A DNA stretch of 64,000 nt from assembly GCF_009914755.1 (NCBI RefSeq), contig NC_060927.1; one strand, written 5' to 3'. The notes under the pieces were generated by a model. The model searched no databases and was not told the DNA's origin. It saw only the letters and a program-made list of their open reading frames with translations. The DNA comes from the human T2T-CHM13v2.0 reference genome, Homo sapiens. Every line of letters begins with the position of its first letter. Within the stretch, counting starts at the first letter, position 1. Shown one piece after another: positions 25,061 to 37,900 of this stretch. The position numbers and the translations under genes were made by a program.

Positions 25061-28000
25061 GTAACGTACCCTCCACGGAGCAAGTTGGCTGCTGGTGCCG
25101 GCCGCCTCGGGACTGCTGTGCTCCGCGGTTCGCGGGGTTCCTCTGGCTGCTTTGCGGTGCAGGCATCCCGGGACCCGAGGGCAAGGAGGTTTGGGAGCCT
25201 CGGCCGCTGCCGAGCGCGGGGCTTGGGCGGCACCCACCAGAGCGCCCCCGGCTGGCTCTTAGCGCCCGAAACTGGCTCGCGAGTCCCCCGGCTTCCTCGC
25301 CCCGGCACTCCCTGGTAGCCTCGGTCTCCCGCAGCCCCCGCTCGGAGAGCTCGGAGCCCGCTGCATTGCGGTGCATGCTCCTTAGCTCTGGGGCAGAGCC
25401 AGAGCTGGGCGTTGGGGAGAAAGGGGTGCCTCTGGCCATCCGGCTCCTGGAGTACTGGCGCCCGTCTGCTCCCAGGCACGGATACGCTTCTGAGCAGCCG
25501 CGCGCCACCTCCTTTTCTCCAGCTCGCAGTCCACGGGCTAGTGGACTCTGCTTGGCGTGCAAGCACTGCGCGCGGGGGCCGGAGAAGCTCTGCCGTGGTA
25601 TCCCGCAAGTGGCCGCCGAAGGAGAGGGGTGGAGTTCATTGGCCGTACCCTTGGGGACCAGTCTGGTGGTCCGGGCGCCTGCGGGACTGCACGTTTCCAG
25701 GGTCAGTCGGGGAGAGGTGGAAACCCTTTTCGCCTCTTGAGCCTTGGAACAGGAGTGGGCTGGGGTGAGTGGTCGGTCCTACCTAAAGTCTCCCAGCCTC
25801 TCCACCACCCCGGAGAGGATACTCGGCGGCCGGGAGTCGTCGGGCAGCGTCACTCTCTGCCAGCGCAGACTTGGCGGTGCCTCCGGCTTGGTGGCTGGGA
25901 AAGCGCGCTCCAAAGACACCGTGCCCGGCGCAGCGGGGAGCCTGGGCGCTCGGTAGCGCTCGCGAATCCCTGTGGGAAATCCCGGCCCAGCTCCCCGCCT
26001 CCCGCCCCTTCCCCCGCCTCTGTTCTTCGCAGCCTAGCAGCGGCCGCGGCAGCCTCCTGGGAACACAGCTCCGCGGGAGAGCGGAGTTGGAGTTGTCGGG
26101 AGAAAACCAACTCTAGGGGTGATGCGCTGCCGCAGTCCGGCTAGCAGCCCCACTTTCCGGTGTCCTGCTCCGGATGGAACTCCTCTGGGGGACTCCAAGC
26201 CGGGGAGGAGCAGCTCTTGGCGACCGCGCAGCGTTCCCATCTGGGAGCTCGCTCCGCTTGTTACTCGTTCCTCGCGAAACTGTGACCGGTTGCCCAGTGG
26301 AAACTCCCCCAAACACGATGGTTTGGTGCCCCCCGCCATTCCGGAAAGCTCTGCCCTTCTGGAAGTGAAGCTGGAGGGGCATTCCGGGCCCTGAGGCGCG
26401 GCTAAGATTCCCTTCCCTTTTGGCGAAGACCACCGCATCCCACGTTTGTTCTGGTGGCGGCGTGGGGGTGCGGCGATTAATGCCTAGAAAGCTCTCGCTT
26501 GCTTTTCCGAAGGTGGCTTTTTGTCTGCCCTCAGTCTCCTGCTGCCCTCAGGGACTGCTGGGCTTTGTAGGGAGGGGAGCAAGGAGGGGTTTGCTTTTTG
26601 GAACGTGCAGGAGAAGACTGGAGCCGTGTGGAGTGCCGTCAACACCCTGGCGCAGGGATGCCTGGGTTTGACTTATTGAGAGACACGTGTGGGAGCAGTT
26701 GAAATTGGAAATTCAAGGGGATATATACCCCCAAACCGGGCAGGAAAGCCAGGGTGAGCGCATTTGCAAGGGCAATTCCAGACTGGACTTGCAGCATTGG
26801 GGTGGCGTCATGCAGGTCCGAGGCTCGGTCCGGCCCGCGGCTCTTTGCGCCCCCAGAGGTTCAGTGGCCGGGTCTCAGAGGAGATGGGTGCCCACTTTGG
26901 GGAGCGTGCTCTCGGCATTGGGTTCCTGTGCATGCAAGCGAAGTAGTTTGGAGAGCAAACGTATGGAAACACAGCAGGCATGAGGACGTGGTCAGTTTCC
27001 TCCCTGCCCCTCTTCTTGGCTAGCCAGAGGTCCCTGTCTGCTTGCCGGAAGCTGCCCGCGGGTGCCATTGTGTCAGAGCCCAGGCCTTCCGGAGCCACTT
27101 ACCCCCGGTGCGGTGGCTTCCCTTGCTGCAGCCTGGAAACTTTGCCAGTGGCCTGACAGGAAGGAGCCTGACTCTGTGGGCTGAAAATCTCTCCAGCAAG
27201 GGTTAAAAGAAACGCGACATTCAGCAGAATATTAAAGCAGCCCCCTGGTCCCTACTCAGTACGCAGGGATATTACACACCATTCACTCCCTCCTCTCCTA
27301 GAATGAACACAGGCAGGCTCATTTTCTACTCTCTACACACGGAGCCGCCTTCCCGCCTGCCTGGCTGGGTTGGGGCCAGCGTTATTTGGTTCGTGATGAG
27401 TGAGTAATAGTGATCAGAAAGTGGATCAATGAGCTGCCTACGGAGAGCAGGTCCCTCCCAAACTCGGCTGTGGTCAGGGGGCGCCTCTCCCTGCTGATTT
27501 CAGACTCTCATGTGTCTGTCTGCTTTCCCCTGGGGTCTGCGGTGGAATTTCAGTGAGGCATTGCCATCCAGGGCAAATTGCTCTGAGGCCAGGCGGGCCC
27601 TCAGCCCAGGCCAGGGCAGGGACAAAGGGACAGTGACAATCATGGGCCAGGTAAGGAGATGTGGCCAGAGGAAGGCAGGGCCCTAAGACACCCCCTGCCT
27701 GGGTGGAAGGAGGGAGGACAGGGTCTGGTTGTTGGCCAGAGGGGCAGAGGAGGGGAGGGGAGGGGGCTCAAATTCTCATAATCAGGCAGGAGGACTGTTG
27801 GCTTAGGGTGTAGGAAACCCAGACTGAAAAAAAGCTCCTCTTCCCTCCTTTCCCCCCACACTCCCGCATTTCCAGCCAGTTCTGCTCTGTGAGGAGAGAG
27901 ATGCCCCTACAAGGAAAAGATCCGCTGGGGCTAAGTCTGTCTTCAGAAGGGAGTAAGGCAGGCTGTGGTGGCAAGAATGCTGACATCCTCCTGCCTTCTG

Positions 28001-29829
28001 GACACAAAGCCAGGCCTCTTTGCTCAGCGTCCTGACAAACAACTGCCTCTTCAAGCCCACCGGTGCCTTTTCCCACCTGCTCTGAGAGCTTGTTGAGAAT
28101 GGGCTGCTGGTGTCTGTGAAGCGAAGGCAGCTGCTTGCATTCTCTGAGCTGCGTCTTGTCTTGTGCCCTTTGGGATAGGATCTGGAAAGCACATTGGCCC
28201 TCCTGGGAGGCAGCAACCTGAAATTGCTAACTGCTCATAGCATTCTCCCAACCCCACTCCCTGTGTCCAGGGAGTACCCATGCACCTGCAGAAGGCCTCA
28301 GAGTGCGGCACACTGGCTGATGGGAATACTCCCAGGAGACCTGCTCTTTTGTGTAGCCTATAGTGAAGTCCTGGCCCTGGCACCCTTGGATGTCCACATG
28401 TATTTGAGTAGTAGATTTCTCAAGGGTTGACAAGTAGTGGGTTCCCAGTAGGCATTGCTGATGCATGAGTGCACGACTAAATTACTGTGCCCCTTTGTGG
28501 CGTGCCCCAACGTGAAATGCTAGGGCACTGAATTTCACTGTACACATTTTGGACACAGTTACATTTCCATTACATGTTTGTGGTGGAAAACCCCAAACTA
28601 AGCCCACGTGTCTTCAACAGGCCACAAGGCGAGGCAGTGATTGGCTGTTTCTGCATTTTCTGTTAATATTTGTTTGCTGTGTGTTCATCTGTTTTTGGTG
28701 TCCATGAACGTGCTTGAGCCTACAAGCAGTAGCAGGCACCAAAGATTTTTAAAAATGTCTGAGAAAGAAAAGCAAATTTGAGAAAATTCCATGTATTAGC
28801 TGATTTTATTTTTTGTGCAAAGTGGAACGATCACCATTACTCAGTGTTTGTGGAGCTGCCTCCTCAAGCCACGCATGGAATGCTGGCGAGGGAGGGCAAT
28901 GCAGCTCTGGGCAATGGCTTGGGAAAAGTCTTGGCAATGTAAACAACTGCAGAGGCCCAGACTCAGTCCCAGCTCAAACCTTCTGGGTTAGTAGAAGAGA
29001 GCTGCCAGCAGCTTGTGATGCTCCCGAGCCTGGGGAGGGCCTGCTAGGTCACACAGTGTCCGGCTCCAGCCCCTTCTGCCTTCTATTGACTTGTGCAACC
29101 CAGACCCAGATCTCAGAGCCCCTACTTTGTTTTTTCACAAGAATGGGTACCGATGACCAAGATGTGCTATAAGAAAAGCCCATGAGGCAGAGGCATGGTA
29201 TGGTTCTCATTTAATTTTACCCATCGAGAAGTAATCTTTGATAAAGCAAATAGGACCAAAGAAGAAGGGTGATGCTAGGGGACACAGGACAGCACCATGA
29301 CCCCCTCCTCTGGATCTAGCATGTGTGCTTCCTATTTAGTAGAAACTACATGTTCTTTAGTTGCTTGAATAAATTTTGTGAACTCGGGGCAATGAAAGGA
29401 ATATATGGGTCAGGAGGGAGGTCTGGCCATGAGGATGGAGATGAAATCAACATGGGTGGTGACAGATAGCAGGATCATGAAGCCAGAGTACTCCACCTGC
29501 CTTTTCATCTCCCAGCTCTGTTGCTTGGAAAAATTACCCAGTCCACCTGGCCAGTGTCTTTCTTTGTTGAGTGGGTCATGTTGCCCACTTATTCCAACTA
29601 TAGGAGTAGGGACAAGTAATACCCAATATAAGGACACACTCTGTACTAGATTAAAAAGAAAGTAAGATGCTATTAAAATCAAAGATATGTTTATATTACT
29701 AAATTTAAAATAATATATAGCTAATCCTTAAATGTTCTTAGTATCACTAAGGCTTAGATGTGTAGTGTTTTTCTAGCATGGGCAAAAGGTAGGGGCAATT
29801 TTGGAAGCCCAAAGAGGGGAATACCAGCT

Positions 29830-30155
29830 CAGGTAGTGTTTCCCAGACTTCAGGTAGTATGTTACCTGGGCAGTTTGCTACAGACTCCTGGGTCCTAACC
29901 CTAAAAGCTCAGCAGGTTTGGATGGATCCTAAAAATCAGCATTTTAAGTGGGCTTTCCTGGAGATCCTGATGTATGTGCTTCCTGGAAACACTGCCAAGG
30001 GGAATGTTTCTAAACCAGGTTACAGTCAGAAGTCCTAATAGGTCTTGCCCAACTCTGCATTTGCTGAATCAGAATGGCCTGGGGATCTGCATTTTACTAA
30101 AGGGCCCCAGTGATTCACATGCAGACAGCCTGGCACCAGTATATTTGGAAACTGC
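29830..30155. mobile_element. Two adjacent MER5-type DNA transposon remnants
   Basis: cagactcctgggtcc...gcattttaa; gaatcagaa...gggatctgcattttactaaagggccccagtgattc. Confidence 0.55.
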
Positions 30156-30169
30156 TGATGAGATCTAAT

Positions 30170-30360
30170 TCACTTAATCCTTACAAAACCTATCAGGTAG
30201 GTATTATTATAATCAACTCCTCTCCCACTTTTTAGATGAGAAGACTGAGATATATAATAGTTAAGTAATTTGATAAGGTCACACAGCTAGTAAGTGGCCA
30301 AGCCTGGATTTGAACCCAGGCAGTCAGGCTCTGTAGTCTATATTTTTAGCCACTTTGCTC
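30170..30360 (-). mobile_element. MIR
   Basis: tttagatgagaagactgag...aaggtcacacagctagtaagtggc...ggatttgaacccaggcagtc. Confidence 0.88.
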
Positions 30361-31525
30361 CACCACTTTTGAAGGCTTTGCATGAAGGAAGACTCATATC
30401 AGCTGGAATCTAGGGGAGGGAAGGGTTCTAGTGCTGACTCTGCCATTGGGCATTGGAGACTTCATTGACTCACTGGGAGCTTAGGTTTACATGGTCATGC
30501 AAGAAGAGATGAGCAAAATGTTCAGACAACCTCAACACTTCAGATCAAGCTCCAGTTTCCATGTAGCTCTCTCTCTGCACCTTCCTCCTAACTCCACTAT
30601 TCCCACCCCTATTGCAGCCCTATACACTCATAGACACAGGGCTGGAGACCTGTCCTGCAGCCTTTCTAGTAAGGACTGGTATATTCGTTCCTCTCTCTGC
30701 CCTGACCAGCCCTTCCAAAGAAGAAATGATCAGCAGAGAAGTGTCCCCAAAGGAGATGAACCTGGGACCCCTATGTGTTCTGGGGGCAGCGGAGGGGGCA
30801 CACCGAACCCTTACCTGTCCTCCATTGACTGTCGAGAGCGTGTTCCTGCACCTGGATTCCAGGAGTCTGCATTCCTTGGAAGAGCTCTTTTTATGTTTCC
30901 CTCTTATGCACTAGCCACTTAAGCAACTTGAATATTTCTGTCAGATTTCCATGTCTCCAAAGATGGTGGAGAAACAGAGCATTCGATGTCTGCCCTTCTG
31001 AGGAAATTACTGTAATAATAAAGTAACACCTTGGGAAAGATTTCATATTTAAAAGCAAAATTTTGCATGAGAAATTCTTCAGCTTCTTCTGCAGATTCCA
31101 TTTCAAGTGGCAGCTGTAGGTGGGGCCCTTGGGTCAGAGTGCTTAACTATGCTTGGGTGGGGGGCATTGAGTGGTGAGGTCAGGACCATCTGCTCCATCA
31201 AAGGTCCCTGATATCTGATGTATTAGAGCCACTTTGCTGGCTTTTGTTGATCATTCCCCTGGGGGTTAGAAAGTTGGGAACACACTTTCCAGGGAGGCCT
31301 GGAGGGCAGTGGGTTGGTTCTTCTTTGTTGATGGAAAACCACTTTCTATCTGACTTAAAGTACAGGAAGCAAACAAGTGCACAGTTAGCTCTGTCCTTCC
31401 TTGTGCCTCAGTTTTCTCATTGTTAAATAGACTGGAGGAAGGATCATTATGGTAGAGAGAGTAGCAGGGACTTGGAGTGGGTGCACACCCCAGGGTAGAA
31501 GCAGTGGTAGAAGCAGGGGCTGACA

Positions 31526-31733
31526 GGCCGGGCGCGGTGGCTCATGCCTGTAATCCCAGCACTTTGGGAGGCTGAGGCGGGCGGATCACGAGGTCAGGAG
31601 ATTGAGAACATCCTGGCTAACACAGTGAAACCCCATCTCTGCTAAAAAAAACAAAAAAACAAAAAAATACTGTGCCACTGCACTCCAGCCTGAGTGACAG
31701 AGCGAGACTCTGTCTCACGAAAAAAAAAAAAAA
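31526..31733 (+). mobile_element. AluY-like element missing most of its right arm
   Basis: left arm and expanded A linker joined directly to tgtgccactgcactccagcctg; perfect 17-bp TSD agaagcaggggctgaca at 31509-31525 / 31734-31750. Confidence 0.95.
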
Positions 31734-32969
31734 AGAAGCAGGGGCTGACAATTGTAGATAAAGTCCAATCTGAGGCATGGTGACCCTTTGGCAAATCATG
31801 GGTGGGGCATGGATCCTCATAGCCTGTCAGGGGTTCTGTAGGAAGCAGCTCAGGATCTGATTTTCAGACATCAGGGATCGGAAAGAATGAGCTTAGCCAA
31901 TATCAAGAAGGCTAAGTGCCCTCCATGAGAAAGCCTAGTGCCCTCCATGAGGAAGACTGTATTCTAGGGACCTCCCACTGGCCAGCAGCAGGCCCAGGCT
32001 TGTGCAGGTGGTACAGACAGGATTGAGGTCATGGTCCCCACTGGTACCATGTAGCATTATCTGCCAGATGCCTCTCACTGTAACTGGCTTGTATGTTTAC
32101 TTCTAACTTTGTGAATGAGAAGATTTCATTTTGACAGCCTAGCAAATGAGTTCATTATGCTCCCAGCCTTCTAGGGCAGGAAAAGCATCTTATTCATCTG
32201 CTCACTCACTCTCCAGCAAGCATGGAGTGTTAGCTCTGTGGGAGGATGCCCAAAGCTGAAGATCTGGGGGCCCTTCACTACACTATAATGACCCTGCTGG
32301 TGATTGAGGTTTCAAGATGATCTGCTTGCGAAAAGAGGGAAAAGGTGATAAAGAAGGTCCTGTTTCCCCCTCCATCACCAGTACAGTTGTTTCTCCAGGT
32401 CAGGTGAAATCCCAGCACCTGCAGACAGCACCACTAGCAGCTGCTTAAGGAGGGTGCTCATGGGAGGTTCCCCCAGAGTTCTCTGTAACAGAACTGGGCC
32501 AATGTGGAAACACATAGGAGATTTTCTGAGAATTACCAGGACTCATTTCTGCCCACAGATTGCACCTGAGGCCCTGCGTCTCTCATCTCTCCCCTCCCAC
32601 TTCCTGGCAGCAAGTGACAAAATGACTGTTTGAATTTAACCTCCTTGCTCTGCTTCTCCATTTCCCTGTGAAGGTGATAATGAACAGAGAAATGGGCAGA
32701 GGCAGGTGGCCAGAAAGGGAGGGGACAAGCGAGGGGAGCAGGGGTCCAAGGCTGTAGCTTGGCAATAACTTCTGAGGTCCCTGGGACTGATTACGGGGGC
32801 CATGTAAGCCTGAGGGAGCCAGCAAGGGATCAGGCTTGTCTGCACAGTCTTGACATGACATGTCAGAAGCAGGACTGGAGGTCGGTTTTTAGGGAAGGGA
32901 AAAAACTTTCCAGGAGTCCTACAGGCTGGCAATGCTGGATCCAGGATTAGATTATGCTCCCAACCACTC

Positions 32970-33125
32970 ATTGAGCATTTGTCATGTGCTGGTCCCTTTA
33001 TACATATTGGTCCCCATATCCTTTGTATCTAAGCATTTTTTTCTCCCATTTTACAGATGAGGTAGCTGAGGCTTTGAGAAGTTAACTGGCTCAAGAGCGA
33101 AGTTTCAAACCAAAGTTTGCCAAAC
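32970..33125 (-). mobile_element. MIR
   Basis: cccattttacagatgaggtagctgaggctttgagaagttaa. Confidence 0.7.
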
Positions 33126-33440
33126 TCCCTGGGCCTCTGTCTCCCAGTTCAGTCACCTTTTCCATTTAACTTTGCTTAGTTGTGAATTAAATCAGTGAGC
33201 ATGTGTTACCCAGGAGCTGTCTATCCTTGTCCTGCCAGGTGCCATCAAAGGCACAGACAGTCCTGCTCTGGTGTCAATGCTCGGACCCTGTGGACAGGCT
33301 CTCTTCTCACTCTTTGGAGTTGTCCCACCTGTTCCACAGCTGGAGGAAAACTTTTTCCTTCTCGGTTTGCATTTCCCTGTTACACATTGCCTTTCCCATG
33401 TGCCCCTGCGAGTCAGACCCCCACTGTGGTCATTATTGGC

Positions 33441-33476
<36 letters not shown>

Positions 33477-33482
33477 CATGTC

Positions 33483-33837
33483 TGTATTAGTCCATTTTCA
33501 TGCTGTTGCTAAAGACATACCTGAGACTGGGAAGAAAAAGAGGTTTAATTGGACTTACAGTTCCACATGGCTGGGGAGGCCTCAGAATCATGGTGGGAGG
33601 TGAAAAACATTTCTTATATGGCAGTGGTAAGAGAAAAATAAGGAAGAAGCAAAGTGGAAACCCCTGATAAACCTATCAGATCTCATGAGACTTATTCATT
33701 ATCACCAGAATAGCACGGGGAAAGACCGGCCACCATGATTCAATTCCCTTGGCGTTGGTCCCTCCCACAACACATGGGAAATCTGGGAGCTACAACTCAA
33801 GTTAAGATTTGGGTGGGGACACAGCTAATCCATATCA
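33483..33837 (-). mobile_element. THE1A-like MaLR solo LTR
   Basis: tgtattagtcc...gactgggaagaaaaagaggtttaattggacttacag...catatca; perfect TSD atgtc at 33478-33482 / 33838-33842. Confidence 0.94.
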
Positions 33838-35129
33838 ATGTCCATCTAGATATTGTCTTTGATAAGCTGTGTTGCTTAGATGGTTGCAGTTGGCATCTGT
33901 GCCTGGATCTTGGTGGGTGTGTGTGGGGGGGAGGAATCAGGGCACAGCGCAGGTCTTCTGGTACTCCCTTCATAGGCTCACCTTCCAGAGGAAGGGCCAG
34001 CTGCTGCTTTTTGTCTTTGGGCACTTCTACAACTTCTTCTCTGTGGACTGTGTCCTGCTTACCCTTGGCCTGGGGCCATGTTGTTTCTTGAGCTCTGGCT
34101 GCTTTTATCCATCTGGCCAGGTGCAGACTTACGACATCAGAGGAGGACACTAGGATTTGGCATCAACTTTGAGCGTGGAAGAACATGTGGGGGGATGTTG
34201 AGGAGAGAAATCCCTCAGCATCCTAGTCCCATTGGACAGTGGCCAGTCACCCTTGGAGCCGTGGCAGTGGAAAGGGCTGAGCAGGAGGATGAGGAATAAT
34301 TGCAGGTGGCTTCATTGACGGTGGCAGCAGAGAGAATACCTTATCTGTGAAAGGCAGCTGGGCCTTGCAGTTAATTGTTCTGTTGTTTTCCTCTTGGTAT
34401 TTTTCCAGCACATCAACATAGGACCTTTGCCCTTGGCTTTCTCATTGACGCTGAGGCTGAAGCCGGGAGGTGAGCTGGGGATGGGGGATTGGGAAGGGGC
34501 CTCATTCCAGGTGGTTTCACGTGAATTCTTGGTGCTGAACTATCTGTGCAGGTTCCTCCAGGGCTGTCTGCTCCTGGGGGCCGTTGTCACAGGACCAGAA
34601 AGCCCATCCGGGGATGCTCTCAGCTCCTTTGACAATGCCTCCAAATGGTTTGGGATGGTGGAATGCAGGCTGTAAACTAGATGGCAAGGAACAAGGTGTC
34701 AGTATCAGAAAATCCACCGCATTTTGGACAGGTGCTCAGAGGCCGGGGGCAGGCACTGGTCAGAACACACTTTGGGTGTCGAACCATAATGTAGTATTTG
34801 GTTTAATCCTGGTCACACCACAGGTGTGAATCCGTTGCTGGCTCCCTAGCACCTTCAGGGCCAATCATTGCAAGACCCTACATCACCTGGGTCCACCTTG
34901 CCTCCTGCCCTCCTGCCCAGCAGCACTTCCTTTCCCAGCTCCACACAGGTACATGTGTACACACACATGTCCACAGGTGCATGTGCTGTACAGCTGCACA
35001 TGCCCTGGGCATCTCCTTAACTTCATCCACACAGAGGCCCTTCTGACTCATCTGTCCCGTGTGCCTCTGGGTCTGCACCTGCTTGCTCTGTTTGTGTTGC
35101 ATGTCTTACTGTTCTTTTCTGGCTAACCC

Positions 35130-35420
35130 TAAATTATTCTTCAGAATTCACCACAGTGATCGCTTCCTCCTGGAAGGCTTTCTCCTGTCCCACACTCGAT
35201 TGGGTTGCCCTCTGGGTGCCCTCACAGCCGCCTCTGCTTCCCTCTATGGGATCACATTCCACACTGGTATCCAGTTGTGTGTTTATTTTGCTGGGTACCC
35301 CACAGCTCCGTGAGCCTCTGAAGCATGGGTTCTATCCTGATTGTCATGGCATCCCCAGCACATAGCACCCCCAGCACATGGCACATAGGAGGTGTCAATA
35401 AGTATGACATAATGAATAAA
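35130..35420 (+). mobile_element. L2 3' end
   Basis: cctcctggaaggctttc...atccccagcacatagca...tggcacataggaggtgtcaataa...aatgaataaa. Confidence 0.65.
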
Positions 35421-35472
35421 TAACAAGAAGGAAAAGATCAACAAACACTTAAAAACCTGAGATCATGTCCTA

Positions 35473-35985
35473 TGTAGTCATTTAAAATATATCTACAAAT
35501 ATTTTATACTCTTCCTATCAAAATGTGGAGGCTCATTCCTCTCCCTTTGAATATGGATTGGCCTTAGGACTCACTGTAATGAATGGAATATGGCAGAAGT
35601 GTTTCTGCATAACTTTGGAGTGAAGTCATAGAAGGCAACACAGTTTCCACCTAGCTCTCTCTGTTTCTCCTGAAATACTTGCCGTTGTCACCCAGATACC
35701 ACATTGTCAGGAGACCCAGGTAACATGAAGGGGTCACGTAGAATTTCTAGCCCCAGCTCCAGCTCAAGTCCCAGCCCACAGCCAGCATGAGAGGCCAAGT
35801 GTGAATGAAAAAGTCTTCAGTTTGTTGCAACCCCATCCTTCCAGGCACCCCTGCTGACTCTGAGTAGGGAGAGCCAAGCTTTCCTCACAGAACACTGTCC
35901 AAACTGCAGATTCCTGAGCAAAATCAATGTAGTAATTGTGGAAAACCACTGAGTTTGGGGTTGGAACAATTAATAACTGAAAATA
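35473..35985 (+). mobile_element. MLT1 (E/F-like) MaLR LTR
   Basis: ctccctttgaatatggattggcctt...gaatatggcagaagtg...ccaaactgcagattcctgagcaaaat...taataactga. Confidence 0.75.
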
Positions 35986-36073
35986 TTTTAGGAGGGGTAG
36001 GAGAACAATGGTTTAGATAAACCTAGAAAGGGACTTAGGGGAAGGGTGGGAAAGGGGTGGAGATATGATACCT

Positions 36074-36800
36074 CATTCATTCAACACTTAATAACAAATA
36101 TTGTTAATCTCCTACTATGTACCAGGCAGTAGGCACAAAACCAGAAATATTACAGCCCTTGGGAGCATACATCCTATTGGGGGAACAGACAGGCATGAAA
36201 AAGACAAATAATGTACATATAATTTCAGGAAAGGGCTATAAAGGGAGTAAACAAGTGATGTGACTGAGAGTGATGGGCGCAGGCTTGGACAACTTAAAAC
36301 GGGGAAGGGAGGCCCTCTCTGTCTGTGAATACTCGAAGGGCATTCTTAGCAAGTGGGCTTAGGTTTGCTCTGCACGGGAGATAGATTTTGGCTTGATTAC
36401 AAAATTCTTTTCAGTCAAACTGAACCGAGATGGAATAGGCTGCCTTGAGAGATGATGCAGCCCCATCTCTGGGGTGTCCAGGTAAGGCCAGAGCCACTTC
36501 CAGACTTGAGAGCTCACATTCTACAGAGGCAAATGGGGAGTGAGAGCAGAGAGACCGAACTGCCAGCACTGCCTAGGAGCCACCAGTGTCACAAGTACTC
36601 ACACAGAACACATTTATTGAGCATCTACATGAGAAGCACTGTACTCGGAACTGAAAACACCAAGATAAAGAAGACACAGACTTTCCTTCAGGGAGCTCAC
36701 TGATTAATAGACTGGTGGGGGAGACAGAGCCACGCAGACTACAGGCTGTAATAGGGCATGTGATAGACTCTGATGTATGCGGTATAGCAGTTTCACATCA
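36074..36800 (-). mobile_element. L2 fragments
   Basis: cattcattcaac...cctactatgtaccaggca; catttattgagcatctac...ggagctcac. Confidence 0.65.
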
Positions 36801-36859
36801 GCTGCTAGGAGAAACCAAATGAGAGGGTCAGACTTAGAGTGGGAAGGATTTGGGGAAGG

Positions 36860-36938
36860 AGTGTGTGTGTGTGTGTGTGTGTGTGCACGTGTGTGTGTGT
36901 AAGAGAGAGAGAGGGAGAGAGAGAGAAAAAAAAAAAAG
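36860..36938. repeat. (GT)n(GA)n(A)n compound microsatellite
   Basis: direct reading. Confidence 0.95.
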
Positions 36939-37022
36939 TTTGGGACTTTGGTTATGATTATATCCAGGGCAACAGTTCTGTCTCAGGACTGTCTCCCTGT
37001 TTTCATTCCTTAGTTCTGTGTC

Positions 37023-37900
37023 TGTATCTGTCAAGGTCCCAGCAGAAAACAGCACTCTCACAGGCTTTACTGAGGAGGGTTTAATGAAAAGACTCTCTAC
37101 AGAGGTGTGAACAACATTAAGGGAACCAATAAGGATGGGGATGTACCCAGGGACTGACAATAGTGGGAAGCCGATACTCCCCAAAGCTCTCAGAACCTAG
37201 CAAGAGCCACAGTGTGACAGAGGAGCTCCCTGACGGAAATGAGACATAGAGAAATGCAGCTGCTGCCCAGATCAAGCATGGAGGGTGAAGGAGGAGGGTT
37301 TGTATTCCTTGAGCCCTTTCTCCTCCTCTTAAACATCATCTGCCAGCACCTCCCATGATGAATTCAACAAGAAGGCAGAGGGCATGAAAGTCTGGTTGAT
37401 GAAGTTCATAGAGGTCAGAGGCATAGAAAATGGCAAAAAAAGTAGAGAATGGATCTGCAGGGATGAATGGAGACTAATCAGCACAGTCACTTATGTTGAC
37501 TTCATCCTCAGATAGGCTTTCTCATGAGATGTTCATGTGGCTGCTGGCAGCCTCAAACTCATATCCTCTTGAAACTTCAGCAGAAACATAAATTCTCGCT
37601 CCCCGTAGCTCTAGCAAATGCTGAAGAAGTTTTGTCTCCTGGGCTTCCCTTGGGTCCTGAGCCTCTCCATGAGCCAAACTCCATTACCAGGGTGATTGAA
37701 ATACACTCATTGGCCAGGCTTGGGTCATGTGTCTATGAAACTCTATAGCTGAGGGGGAAGGGCTAGCTCAGACCCATCAAGCTGCCTGGCCTGAGATAGG
37801 GGAGAGCTGGTCACAAAACTGTCAGGGTGCTTGTCCAGGAGAAGCAAGAATGAGTGCTGGGAAGGCATTCTTGCCATTGATAGGCCACACCTATCAATCT
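37023..37900 (-). mobile_element. Old ERVL/MaLR LTR fragments
   Basis: tgtatctgtcaaggtcccagcagaaaacag...gtttaatgaa; cattggccaggcttgggtcatgtg. Confidence 0.5.

Larger units (their letters stand above)
24330..26480. promoter_or_regulatory. EPHB1: CpG island spanning the EPHB1 promoter, exon 1 and the start of intron 1
   Basis: sharp rise in GC and CpG density over a CpG-depleted background; a weaker tail reaches ~27110. Confidence 0.95.

Noticed and set aside
25003-25740. 245-aa ORF starting at the EPHB1 ATG
   Set aside because: Only the first 19 codons are EphB1. The rest is read-through past the GT donor in stop-poor CpG-island DNA and has no recognisable domain.
24495-27098. Many overlapping 80-195 aa ORFs on both strands
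   Set aside because: Expected in GC-rich sequence; low-complexity Arg/Ala/Gly/Pro content with no homology I can recognise.
31916-31960. 22-bp tandem duplication (agtgccctccatgag x2); similar 17-bp duplication at 54241-54277
   Set aside because: Ordinary slippage duplications with two copies and no spacers; not CRISPR-like.
33443-33472. Isolated T30 tract (also T26 at 53534-53559) as a solo poly(A) retroinsertion
   Set aside because: No convincing TSD; more simply slippage-expanded mononucleotide runs.
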